A stretch of DNA of 63,377 bases, filler included, from Octopus bimaculoides (lineage: Eukaryota), in assembly GCF_001194135.2 (NCBI RefSeq). It is 5 parts of 5 records of this genome, joined end to end, with 100 filler letters (N's around TTAATTAATTAA, not from the genome) between each part and the next. Parts side by side here need not be neighbours in the genome. Positions count along the whole stretch, not along the records: positions 20,953 to 40,884 come from NC_068989.1; 4 more parts are not named here. One strand, written 5' to 3'. Numbering within the stretch: position 1 is the first letter of the stretch; each line of letters starts with the position of its first letter. The notes beneath the pieces were generated by a model. It saw nothing but the letters and a program-made list of their open reading frames with translations. It searched no databases and was not told the DNA's origin. The position numbers and the translations under genes are program-made. Positions 25,360 through 37,916 of the stretch are shown here, piece after piece.

Positions 25360-26741
25360 GGAGTTAGAGAGTAGTGATGCAATGCCAGTCAATGTATTAC
25401 TCTGTCATATGGTTAGTGGAAGTGTGAGGCGAAGGGAAAGAAAAAGAAAGAAAGAAATATAAAGTGTTTAGCAGAGGGAAATTTTAAACATCATATATTA
25501 TTTTGACTGACAAGAAGATAACATTTTAATATTCAATATTTTATATCCTCTATCTGTCGATCTATCTATCAACATTGACAAATACATCGATGGGTAGACA
25601 GAAGAAAGAGGGCTTATATTAGATATACTGATAAACTTATCATAGATAGAAAGATTGATTTTTCAAGGAAAGTGAAATAACTTAGCAAAATAGTTGTGGA
25701 TGTTTTTTTTTTATTCGTTATTCGAACTTCGTATTGTCAGAATAGAGAGATACACCGACGGTAAGAAAAGTAGATAATATAAGCAGACAATTGAAACTGA
25801 ATTGAAATAAAACAACTTGGACTGAGTTTGTTACTGAAAACTATAATGGCGGTGATTGTGATAGTATTGGTGGTAGTGGTGGTGAGTGGATAGTGAAAAG
25901 TGTATTATTTTATTGAATTAAATTTTTTTTATATCACCTATCACTTAACGCATGTTCATAAATGCAATTGTTTATTGTCTGCTCGCTTGGAAATTGATGT
26001 TTGTCCATAAAATATGGATGACAGATGACGTAAGCTAACAACAGACAGAATGAAACGGTAAAGGCAACGATGTTAAGAGAAGCAGAGGGTCGAATCATTA
26101 GAACAAGCATGGAAACAGCAACGCAAAAGAGAAAGTATTAATCAAAGAGAATATAGTGAGTATTTACAACAGATAAGAGAACGTGTTCAAGGCAGAATAG
26201 AAAATGAAAATGAGAGAAAAATATCAAAAAATGCCGTAAACATATGGTTGAAGGTTACACTGTTGATGACATGAATATTCTCTATAATCATTGTGAAACA
26301 CTTAGATTTATAAGTGATTCTTTGAACTGCTGAGAGAATGGGAAAGTCATGCTCCCTCAATTACTGCTGAAAGCTTGTGTTTCAAAATGAAAGTAATGCC
26401 AGAATATACAATTTTAAAAGAAGCACTANNNNNNNNNNNNNNNNNNNNNNNNNNNNNNNNNNNNNNNNNNNNNNNNNNNNNNNNNNNNNNNNNNNNNNNN
26501 NNNNNNNNNNNNNNNNNNNNNNNNNNNNNNNNNNNNNNNNNNNNNNNNNNNNNNNNNNNNNNNNNNNNNNNNNNNNNNNNNNNNNNNNNNNNNNNNNNNN
26601 NNNNNNNNNNNNNNNNNNNNNNNNNNNNNNNNNNNNNNNNNNNNNNNNNNNNNNNNNNNNNNNNNNNNNNNNNNNNNNNNNNNNNNNNNNNNNNNNNNNN
26701 NNNNNNNNNNNNNNNNNNNNNNNNNNNNNNNNNNNNNNNNN

Positions 26742-26772
<31 letters not shown>

Positions 26773-26872
26773 GATCATAAGAAAATGGAGATATAACATT
26801 TAATAAAAATTTATGATCTACAAAAATCAATTATGGTCCCTTACAGCTGTTTCAATTAAGCCTAATAGATTA

Positions 26873-27008
26873 AAGAAGTAGTCAAAACGACCAAAATCCT
26901 GAAACCTAAGTCTGACCGGAATAAAATAACAAGGTAAAAAGTTTTTTATTTTTCATTCCTTTTGAAGATTGCTCTTAAATGTGGTTTTGGCCGTTTTGAC
27001 TACTTCTT
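26873..27008. repeat. 24-bp inverted repeat pair (23/24), MITE-like
   Basis: aagaagtagtcaaaacgaccaaaa (26873-26896) versus ttttggccgttttgactacttctt (26985-27008). Confidence 0.8.
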
Positions 27009-27163
27009 CTAGCGTGCAAAAACTACCTGTTGAAGGTATTTTTCTCTTGTGTTTAAATGTACACTATTTTATATTGAGAATATGTTGTCTATTGACTTTT
27101 TATGCATGCTAGGCAACTGGTGGTGAATTTTCTAAAAACTTACCAACCTATATATATTTTACG

Positions 27164-27253
<90 letters not shown>

Positions 27254-27442
27254 TATATATATATGTAGAGAACGACCGTGCGAACCAAAGGAGAATGGTG
27301 ACGAATGGAACAGGCTCCTTTTAACGCGTCGCACGGTCGACACAAACATATATATATTATAATACTATAACATAGAGAATTCGCATGTGAAATGCGAGGA
27401 AATTGCCAGCAAGGAAAAGATGAGAGACTCAACCGATAAAGA

Positions 27443-28282
27443 TGTATAACAGTAAGGTTTATTGGTTGTCAACTAGAATGTCTGTGTGAGTGTGAATGCG
27501 ACATAATAAAACACAATATAGGACAGGCCGTCATGTAAACAAAAGAGTGTATGTATACAAATATATGTATGTGAATGCAAGAGATACAGAGCATAGAAAA
27601 GAGTCTGTAATAAGTACGTTAGAAGTCCAGACACCAGGATAAGAAATACCAGTTCTCAGTTAAGGTACACAGTAGATTGAAAGTCTGTATATAAGAGGTT
27701 GAGGCGTTGAGGCAGAGCTAAGTCATTTGTCGTGCAGTTGAGGCTTCTATGCCGAGCCGGGCTACTTGATACAGATGGTTTCTCGCAGGTTGTGTTCTGT
27801 TAACCTTGGTGAAGATATTTCACAACGGTATTGAGTGAACCTGTGCGGACGCTGTTTGGTTGCAGTTGGTAGCTTGTGTACGTAGAGACGTCGTGTTGAC
27901 GTTGAGGACGAAGCTTGTAGTAAACAGTTGAACGATGGTGTTGATGTCGTCGCTGGAAACTGGCTGGTTGGTGTTACGTGGTCAACGACCAGACCTCAAA
28001 AGGTCCGAAGCCGCGACAAACTGGCGGGGATAAAGCAGGCTATTTTATAGGAAAAAAGCGGCTCCAGAAGCATCAGAAAAACACTCTCTCACGTGACCTT
28101 ATTAGATGGTCACGATTGGTCGGTATGCACCCTGGCGCGAAACAGAACTGGAGATAAATGCCGCGCAAATAACAGTCAATCAGGGTGGTGGATACAGCAG
28201 GGTCCAAGGCAGGAAAGAGATAGATGTTACCTGCTACGTTCGCATTTGTACATAAATAACCGAGAGAGGTGGTTTCACTACA
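27443..28282 (-). mobile_element. Putative solo LTR
   Basis: Minus strand order CCAAT, CACGTG, TATAAAA, GC-richer R-like region, AATAAA, then terminal TGTTATACA. No TSD confirmed; right boundary uncertain. Confidence 0.45.
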
Positions 28283-29577
28283 TATATATATATCAAAGGC
28301 GATGCCTAGTCATCAGCGTCACGCAGGCTCATCATAGATTTCGCATAAGACACGTCTGGTTGAAGAATTTCACGTTTTGCCGCTTTATTTCTAGCCCCAA
28401 ATGGCTTATTTTTTTCATATCTAGCACTATGTCTTTCTGCATTTCTAAATTAAGGGTAACAATAAAGCAATCCTACAAAGCACAACTGATCTTTACACCC
28501 AGACGCACAGAATAACAGCAATCAAATAACGACAGCGAAGTGCACAACAAACATCAGCGATCTGACTGTCGCCTGTATTCTTGACAAGAGATGCCAGTTA
28601 GTCTTTTACACCTACCAGGCTCGTTCCTTTAAGAAAATTGTAGAATGGAAACTTTTCATAGACTGGAATTTAAATCTTAATCTTTATAGAAATTTATTGA
28701 TTCAAGAAAACATTGAATTTGAATTACTTTTAATTCTTAAGATTATAGATAACAACTCGGGCTGTAACTTCTGAGCCCGGGTCAGGCGCGTGTGAACGGT
28801 GTCGANNNNNNNNNNNNNNNNNNNNNNNNNNNNNNNNNNNNNNNNNNNNNNNNNNNNNNNNNNNNNNNNNNNNNNNNNNNNNNNNNNNNNNNNNNNNNNN
28901 NNNNNNNNNNNNNNNNNNNNNNNNNNNNNNNNNNNNNNNNNNNNNNNNNNNNNNNNNNNNNNNNNNNNNNNNNNNNNNNNNNNNNNNNNNNNNNNNNNNN
29001 NNNNNNNNNNNNNNNNNNNNNNNNNNNNNNNNNNNNNNNNNNNNNNNNNNNNNNNNNNNNNNNNNNNNNNNNNNNNNNNNNNNNNNNNNNNNNNNNNNNN
29101 NNNNNNNNNNNNNNNNNNNNNNNNNNNNNNNNNNNNNNNNNNNNNNNNNNNNNNNNNNNNNNNNNNNNNNNNNNNNNNNNNNNNNNNNNNNNNNNNNNNN
29201 NNNNNNNNNNNNNNNNNNNNNNNNNNNNNNNNNNNNNNNNNNNNNNNNNNNNNNNNNNNNNNNNNNNNNNNNNNNNNNNNNNNNNNNNNNNNNNNNNNNN
29301 NNNNNNNNNNNNNNNNNNNNNNNNNNNNNNNNNNNNNNNNNNNNNNNNNNNNNNNNNNNNNNNNNNNNNNNNNNNNNNNNNNNNNNNNNNNNNNNNNNNN
29401 NNNNNNNNNNNNNNNNNNNNNNNNNNNNNNNNNNNNNNNNNNNNNNNNNNNNNNNNNNNNNNNNNNNNNNNNNNNNNNNNNNNNNNNNNNNNNNNNNNNN
29501 NNNNNNNNNNNNNNNNNNNNNNNNNNNNNNNNNNNNNNNNNNNNNNNNNNNNNNNNNNNNNNNNNNNNNNNNNNNNN

Positions 29578-29621
<44 letters not shown>

Positions 29622-31009
29622 TGTGTGTGTGTGTGTGTGTGTCTGTGTGTCTGTGTCTGTGTTATACAGAATTTATATAAAATTTATGAAAATACCTGAT
29701 ATGATTACCCTCAGTATCATGACATGTAGCAAAGTGGCGGGCGTGGAGGCAATCAACCCAGGAAACGTGTTTGGGCACCACATTTCCTCTGTTAATTAAG
29801 GTGAAAGGGATGCAAAAAGTGTCTTTGACCCCCACCTAAATCTGTCTATGCTACTGACTTTGTTTAGACCATATCTAACCTACAGTATGATTCATGTTCA
29901 AGAGTCGTCACGATTATAAAAATGGTTATTATATAAACTTCACAAGACGTTTATAATATAGAATCTTTTTGGCTTTTTAAAATCAGAATTAGATACTTGT
30001 ATATTAAGACAGCACATATGATTCCTAAAGCAAACAAGAGGAAGAAAAATGGTTTAAGCAATGGAAACCAGTTTCAGAAAGAGCTTATGGAAAGCATGAA
30101 TAGATGGATAAATACAATAAATTACTTCAAATTAGAGTTACTGATTACAAGTAGGTATTGTTTCCTGCTCCAATAACCGTTACTGTTTATATTTCTGGTA
30201 TTATTGTTATTATTTTTTTTTAATGTTATTTTGGCGTTTGTTCAGCTTCGTCGATGCCAACTTGATTATTACTATTCTCGTGACGTTTTTCTTTGTAATT
30301 ACCGTTATTGTTATTGTTCTGTTGTTGTTATCTATATTGGTATTATTATATTTACTGTTGCTATTGCTGCCGACTCAAATCTTATTTTCTTCTTTTTATA
30401 TGCTATTTTTCTCTTCTCTTTCAGTCACCAAGGCATCCATTTTTGTGCAGACTCCCGCTCAAGCTTCATAGTATTACTGTCAATTCAGCTTTCCGTCAGT
30501 CGATATAAAACCTGCCGTTCATTTATTTGTTAAACTAGTGAAGCGAAAGTAAACGAAATAGAATTTCCAATCTTCCTACATTCACGGTGGTAAGTTACTG
30601 AAATCGACTTCCCCCAACCAACCCGCTTTCTTTACCAATTCCGCCTTTCTGTCGCCTCAAAACGGAACTCACGTCTGCTTTGCCAACTACAAAATCGTGG
30701 ATTCCGAAAATATACACGTCCAATGTCAACAACTCACACCACCACACTCGTCATATTCACTGCCATTAGTAACACTAACAAAATAACATTTCCTACATTC
30801 TTCAATGAAGAATTTCGACACAAAGGATAAAAATTCAAACGTGAACATTATGGAGACGTACTAGGAAAGAGGTAATCATTTCACATGGTTCAAAGCTGGT
30901 TTAATGCTACATAATCAAAAGAAAGTCGAAATGCGCACAGGTAGAAGACAGAGATAGAAGAAGAAACAACCACATGCAAAGTATTATGGAGTTATTGATT
31001 AACATTGCA

Positions 31010-31215
31010 TTGGCAATGTGAATGGTACAACAGATATGTGAATAGTACAATGAATACGAGAATGCTACAATGGATATGTGAATAGTGCAAGGAGATGTGA
31101 ATGGTGAAGCAGTGGATATGTGAACGTTGCATTTAATATGTGAATGATGCAATAGACGTGAATATTGCATTGCATATGAGAATGGTGCAATTGGCATGCG
31201 AATGAAGCAATGAAA
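31010..31215. repeat. ~20-bp minisatellite, ~10 copies (approx. aatggtgcaatggatatgtg)
   Basis: aat recurs at 31021, 31041, 31061, 31081 and at 31161, 31181, 31201. Confidence 0.8.
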
Positions 31216-31527
31216 TCTACGAAATACAGCTCAGAAACTGACTACATAAACGAATAAACTAAACACTACCAATAACACGTATATAAGGAGCTGCGGTTTA
31301 CCTTCAGGGAAAAATTCCGTTAGACATGCCCATCGCTAAGGAGTTTCAATACTGAACGGTACTGTCCCCTCACTATTCAATGGTGCACCCTCAGATTAAG
31401 AAAATACTGTTTTAAAAAATTAGTATCTTCCCAAAATATTCTGAAGCTTCCCCAAGTATCAAAGTCTGGCGACTGGCCTGCCGTTAGAATTGTATAGTGT
31501 TAAAAAAAAAAGGAAAAAAAAAACGCA

Positions 31528-32283
31528 ATATAGGTGTAGGAGTGGCTGTGTGGTAAGTAGCTTGCTTACGAGCCACGTGGTTTCGGGTTCAGTCCCACTG
31601 CGTGGCACCTTGGGCAAGTGTCTTCTACTAATAGCCTCGGGCCGACCAATGCCTTGTGAGTGGATTTGGTAGACGGAAACTGAAAGAAGCCCGTCGTATA
31701 TATGTATACTCTCTCTTTTACTCTTTTACTTGTTTCAGTCATTTGACTGCGGCCATGCTGGAGCACCGCCTTTAGTCGAGAAAATCGACCCCAGGACTTC
31801 TTCTTTGGAAGCCTAGTACTTATTCTATCGGCCTCTTTTTGCCGAACCGCTAAGTTACGGGGACGTAAACACACCAGCATCGGTNNNNNNNNNNNNNNNN
31901 NNNNNNNNNNNNNNNNNNNNNNNNNNNNNNNNNNNNNNNNNNNNNNNNNNNNNNNNNNNNNNNNNNNNNNNNNNNNNNNNNNNNNNNNNNNNNNNNNNNN
32001 NNNNNNNNNNNNNNNNNNNNNNNNNNNNNNNNNNNNNNNNNNNNNNNNNNNNNNNNNNNNNNNNNNNNNNNNNNNNNNNNNNNNNNNNNNNNNNNNNNNN
32101 NNNNNNNNNNNNNNNNNNNNNNNNNNNNNNNNNNNNNNNNNNNNNNNNNNNNNNNNNNNNNNNNNNNNNNNNNNNNNNNNNNNNNNNNNNNNATATATAC
32201 GACGGGCTTCTTTCAGTTTCCGTCTACCAAATCCACTCACAAGGCTTTGGTCGGCCCGAAGCTATAGTAGAAGACACTTGCCC

Positions 32284-32328
<45 letters not shown>

Positions 32329-32575
32329 CGTGTGCGTGTTCGCGTATATGTTTGTGTGTCTGTGTTTGTCCCCCCAACATCGCTTGACAACCGATGCTGG
32401 TGGGTTTACGTCTCCATAACCTAGCGGTTCGGCAAAAGAGACCGATAGAATAAGTACTAGGCTTCCAAAGAATAAGTCCTGGGGTCGATTTGCTCGACTA
32501 AAGGCGGTGCTCCAGCATGGCCACAGTCACACGACTGAAACAAGTAAAAGAATAAAAGAGTAAAGAGTATACTTT
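31528..32575 (+). mobile_element. SINE family A (+) interrupted by a nested inverted family A copy (~31709-32283, -)
   Basis: Order: plus-strand head 31528-31706, minus-strand tail and body, gap, minus-strand head part to 32283, microsatellite, plus-strand 3' half 32350-32575. Confidence 0.85.
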
Positions 32576-32739
32576 CAACACTACGCGCCTCAAAAGGCTG
32601 TTTCCCGACCGATAAACTGTGGTTTCTTTTGTTTAAGGAATACACGTACGTAAAGTACGTAATATTGATTATAGAGCTACTTCTATTGCATAATCTGAAT
32701 TAAACAAAGATTATTCAGTCTTGGCACTGTACTATAGCG

Positions 32740-33147
32740 TATATGGTAAGGTACCGTAACTTAGTTGGTAGTGTATATGGTAAGGTTGGTAATGTGTAGT
32801 AATTTAGTCACTAAAGTACTGTAGTGTAGTTGGTAGTGTACTTTAGTAAGATTGGTAATGTGTTGTAATTTAGTTACTAAAGTACTGTAGTGTAGACGGT
32901 AATGTACTTTAGTATCCTTGGCTGTGTATTATTATGTAGTTGGTAGTGTTCTTTACTCTTTTACTCTTTTACTTGTTTCAGTCATTTAACTGCGGCCATG
33001 CTGGAGCACCGCCCTTTTAGTCGAGTAAATTGACCCCAGGACTAATTCTTTGTAAGCCTAGTACTTATTCTATCGAACCCTTTTGCCGAACCGCTAAGTT
33101 ACGGGAACGTAAACATACCAGCATCGGTTTCAAGCGATGTTGGGAGA

Positions 33148-33190
<43 letters not shown>

Positions 33191-33830
33191 ACACACACAC
33201 ACATATATATATACATATACATATATATGACGGGCTTCTTTCAGTTTCCGTCTACTAAATCCACTCACAAGGCTTTGGTCGGCCCGAGGCTATAGTAGAA
33301 GACACTTGCCCAAGATGCCACGCAGTGGGACTGAACTAAGAACCATGTGGTTGGTAAGCAAGCTACTTACCACACAGCCACTCCTGCGCCTAGTAAGCTT
33401 AGTAATGTTTTGTAATTAGTTAGTAAAGTACTGTAGCGTAGTCGGTAGTGTATTTTAGTATCCTTGACTGTTGTATTGTTATGTAGTTGGTAGTGTACTT
33501 TAGTAAGATAGGTGATGTGTTGTAATTTAGTTAGTAAAGTACTGTAGCGTAGTCGGTAGTGTACTTCAGTATCATTGGCAGTGCTCTGTAATGTAGATGA
33601 TAGTGTACATAAGTAACATTGGTAATCTACTGTATGATTGGCAGTTTACTGCAATGAAATTTGTAGTGTACTTTAGTATGGTTGGTTGTGTACTTTAGTG
33701 TGATTGGTAGAGTACTGTAATGTTGTTGATAGTGCACTGTCATATTGGTAAGTGTACTTTAGAATTATCCACAGTGTGCTGTCGTATAATTTAGTATGAT
33801 TGGAAATGTACTGTACTGCAGTTAGCATTT
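32740..33830. repeat. Degenerate TAG-rich minisatellite (gtagttggtagtgtactttagta subunits), interrupted by a SINE
   Basis: aaagtactgtag recurs at 32813, 32879, ~33425 and ~33536. Confidence 0.75.
32955..33392 (-). mobile_element. SINE family A, full length
   Basis: Reverse complement of the 248-672 copy including the head (ctcctgcgcc). Confidence 0.92.
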
Positions 33831-34252
33831 TACTATTTGCATATTCTCCAGACAGAAGAGTTATTATTTAGTGCCATAATTCGTAAAATAGAAAACAACA
33901 ACCATGACAAAAAAACAAAAACAAAAAAAACTAATAAACTATCTATGCTTTATCTCACTTACAAATAACGTTATTGAGTATGAATGAAACCTCTCAACGT
34001 CTTCATGTTTGAGAGACGGAGGCGAACTTGACAGAAGCCAAACTCTTACCGATGCTGTGAATTCAAAATTAATGTTGGAGGATAGTCTTAGGAAAACGGA
34101 AGGCCACTTCATCGCGAAGTAGAATATACATGTTGAGTCAAAACATATATATTCTCCTCCTATTAAAGTGATTTTTCTTGTTTTTCTTTTTCCTTTATTT
34201 ATTTATTCTCTCTCTCTTTCTGTCTCACACACACACGCACACACACACTCTT

Positions 34253-34318
<66 letters not shown>

Positions 34319-35351
34319 GCACGCACACACACACATACACACTCTCATTTATTCATTCACTTTTTTTTTTCTTTTTTGAAGTGCTGATTCTTGTCAAGTA
34401 CGATCATCACTTGTCTCTTCAAATTAATATGATAATATTTGGAAATGATTGCAGACAAACGTACGTTCTGTAATCTTTTACCACAATTCTTTATTTATTC
34501 TAAGCATTGAATTCATCTATTGATACCCACCACCACCACCACAACCACCAACATCACTTCTACCATGGAATCGAGCTCAATGTGGAGGTAATAAGAAGCT
34601 TTTAGCTATACAAGCCAGACTATTGCAATGGCATTTTCTCTAAATCTAGTAAATTATGTTTAGTCAAACGGTATTGTTTCTTGCATTTTTAATTCTTTAC
34701 TAAAATACATACTTAGTCTTTAGAATTAACAAATTCCCTTCGGTGTTGTGGAACATCATTTTTCCGGGAAATGTACTATCTATATAAGATATATTTTACG
34801 ATTTCTAACCAGCAATATATGATTCCATCCTTCAGTTTTCTAGTGCTTTGTTTGAAAGGGTACATATTACTATAACATTAGCAAATCCAGAATTTTCACT
34901 ATCATAGCTGTCTTAGTTTGAAGGGTTTCATGCCTCTAATAAGAAATATAAAACAACATAGTCTCACCTCATAGAACTGGCCACAAATTATCTGAGATAA
35001 CATTGTGCAACACACGTTCATACACTGTTTTTAAGTTACTCCATTGTATGTACTTTTACAGTAATACACACGACGTAGGAACATCTCGGGCAAAGTAATA
35101 CACTGAGGTTGCTATTTATAAGATCAATAAACAATAAATACTTGGTTAAAATTCAAGAAGTACAACACATGCTGTGCTGAGTTCAAATCCTATGTATGTA
35201 GCTTGGGGAAACATGGGTTCAGAAAAACTCTCACGCTCTAGATATATAACATGGACAGGAAGCTTCGGTGACAAGTAGGAGAAAAGAAAAGTAACTACAT
35301 CTAATAGGGATGCATATCACAAATAGAACAGCATAGCGCCTTCCACTAGTA

Positions 35352-36165
35352 ACCATGTCGTAAAAGGAGCAGATTCAAATAGTTTAAAGGGACTTGTGTC
35401 GTAAATGGAGCAAGTTCATGCCTACTAAGAGGACCAGTGCCGTAAATGGAGTAGATTCAAACCTTCTAAAAGGGTTCCTGTTGTATATAGAGCAGATTCA
35501 TATCTTCTGAAAGAGACTAGTGTCGTAAATGGAGGAACTTCATACCTTGTTAAGGAGACCAATGTTATAAATGGAGCTGGTTCAAATCCACATAAGGGGA
35601 CTAGTATCATAAATGGAGCTGGTTCATACTTTCTAATGGGAATAGAGTAGGTTTAAATCTAAATGTGTGGAGGCGCAATGGCCCAGTGGTTAGGGCAGTG
35701 GACTCGCGGTCAAAGGATCGCGGTTTCGATTCCCAGACCGGGCGTTGTGAGTATTTATTGAGCGAAAACACCTAAAGTTCCACGAGGCTCCGGCAGGGAA
35801 TGGTGGCGAACCCTGCTGTACTCTTCTACCACAACTTTCTCTCACTTTTTCTTCCTGTTTCTGTTGTACCTGTGTTACAAAGGGTCAGCCTTGTCACACT
35901 GTGTCACGCTGAATATCTCCGAGAACTACGTTAAGGGTACACGTGTCTGTGGAGTGCTCAGCCACTTGCACGTTAATTTCACGAGCTGGCTGTTCCGTTG
36001 ATTGGATCAACTGGAACCCTCGACGTCGTAAGCGACGGAGTGCCAACAACAAATCTAAATGTGATTAATGTCGTAAATATAGCAGCTTTAAATTTTCTAA
36101 AAGAGACCTATGTCGCAGATGGGGCAGGTTTAACCCTTCGAAAAAAAGCCTGTGTGGAAAATGGA
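35352..36165. repeat. 41-42-bp degenerate minisatellite (tgtcgtaaatggagc.g.ttca...), interrupted by SINE C
   Basis: Equivalent unit positions at 35359, 35400, 35441, 35482, 35524, 35566, 35608, resuming near 36068. Confidence 0.8.
35668..36050 (+). mobile_element. SINE family C, full length with 13-bp TSD
   Basis: aaatctaaatgtg at 35655-35667 and 36051-36063; intact A/B boxes. Confidence 0.95.
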
Positions 36166-36904
36166 GTAAATTGAAACCATCTAAAATAGTTCCATGTGAG
36201 CTTCATATGTTTGAAGTCGCTTTTTTCTTATCCAGCCGATACANNNNNNNNNNNNNNNNNNNNNNNNNNNNNNNNNNNNNNNNNNNNNNNNNNNNNNNNN
36301 NNNNNNNNNNNNNNNNNNNNNNNNNNNNNNNNNNNNNNNNNNNNNNNNNNNNNNNNNNNNNNNNNNNNNNNNNNNNNNNNNNNNNNNNNNNNNNNNNNNN
36401 NNNNNNNNNNNNNNNNNNNNNNNNNNNNNNNNNNNNNNNNNNNNNNNNNNNNNNNNNNNNNNNNNNNNNNNNNNNNNNNNNNNNNNNNNNNNNNNNNNNN
36501 NNNNNNNNNNNNNNNNNNNNNNNNNNNNNNNNNNNNNNNNNNNNNNNNNNNNNNNNNNNNNNNNNNNNNNNNNNNNNNNNNNNNNNNNNNNNNNNNNNNN
36601 NNNNNNNNNNNNNNNNNNNNNNNNNNNNNNNNNNNNNNNNNNNNNNNNNNNNNNNNNNNNNNNNNNNNNNNNNNNNNNNNNNNNNNNNNNNNNNNNNNNN
36701 NNNNNNNNNNNNNNNNNNNNNNNNNNNNNNNNNNNNNNNNNNNNNNNNNNNNNNNNNNNNNNNNNNNNNNNNNNNNNNNNNNNNNNNNNNNNNNNNNNNN
36801 NNNNNNNNNNNNNNNNNNNNNNNNNNNNNNNNNNNNNNNNNNNNNNNNNNNNNNNNNNNNNNNNNNNNNNNNNNNACAAGGCCAGCAGTTTGGCGAGTAA
36901 ATAA

Positions 36905-37710
36905 ATTAATTATATCGACTTCAGTACTTGACTGGTACTTTATTCTATCGACCCCGAAATAACGAACGGTAAAGTTCAATCCGGCTGGATTTGAACTGAT
37001 AACGTTAAAAGCCGGAAGAAATGCCGTTAAGCATTTTGTTCCGATGCGCTAACAATTCTGCCAGCTCGCCTCGTTAAGAGTAATAATCCTTTCTATTATA
37101 GGCACAAGGCGTGAAATGGGGGGGGGGGTACAGTCGATTAGATCGACTTCAGTACGCAACTGGTACTTAATTTATCGACCCCGAAAGGATAAAAAGCGAA
37201 GTGGAGCGCGGCGGTATTTGAACTCAGAACGTAGTGACAAACGAAATACCGCTAACCACATTGCCCGGCGTGCTAACTATTCTGCCAGCTCACCGCCTTT
37301 GTAAGAGAAAGCAAAACTTAATCCTTTTCTAATATGGGCACAAGGCTTGAAATTTGTGGGGAGGGAGATAGTCGATTACATTGACCCCGGTGTGTAACTG
37401 GTATTTATTCTATCGATCCCGAAAGGATGAAAGATAAAGTCGACCTCGGCGGAATTTGAACTCAGAACGTAAAGAAGGACGAAAAGCCGCTAAGCATTTT
37501 GCCCGCCGTGCTAAGGATTCTGCCAGCTCGCCTCGTTCATAATAATAATGATAATCTTTTCGACTATAGGCTTATGGTCTGAAACGTTGGGGAGAGGACT
37601 ACTCGATTACATCAACCCAATCTTCAACTGGTACTCATTTTATCAACCCGAAAGGATGAAAGATAAAGCCGACTTCAGTGGACATAGAGCCAGAAGAAAT
37701 GCTGCAGAGG
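36905..37710 (-). mobile_element. Four stacked SINE family B copies (~36905-37075, 37085-37280, 37318-37535, 37550-37710)
   Basis: Repeated tatcgaccccgaaaggat core, all on the minus strand. Confidence 0.85.
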
Positions 37711-37853
37711 ATGATCAGTGACAGTTGCTTCTCTACCATCGCTGCTTTCAACGCCAGTTCATGAACCGGCGTTGAAAGCAGAGATTGTACAGAAACAATT
37801 GTAGCTGATCATTGAAGATGTGTTAAAGCCTTTCTTTGTCCTCTTATTCGGAT

Positions 37854-37908
<55 letters not shown>

Positions 37909-37916
37909 TTGTATGT

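Noticed and set aside
28255-28325. Minus-strand CTGATGA...GAAAC as a hammerhead
   Set aside because: The stem II closing pair is mismatched and stem I cannot form.
35352-35650. CRISPR-like or coding repeat array
   Set aside because: Eukaryotic context; units are homologous along their whole length with no unique spacers; the period alternates 41/42 so frame is not kept.
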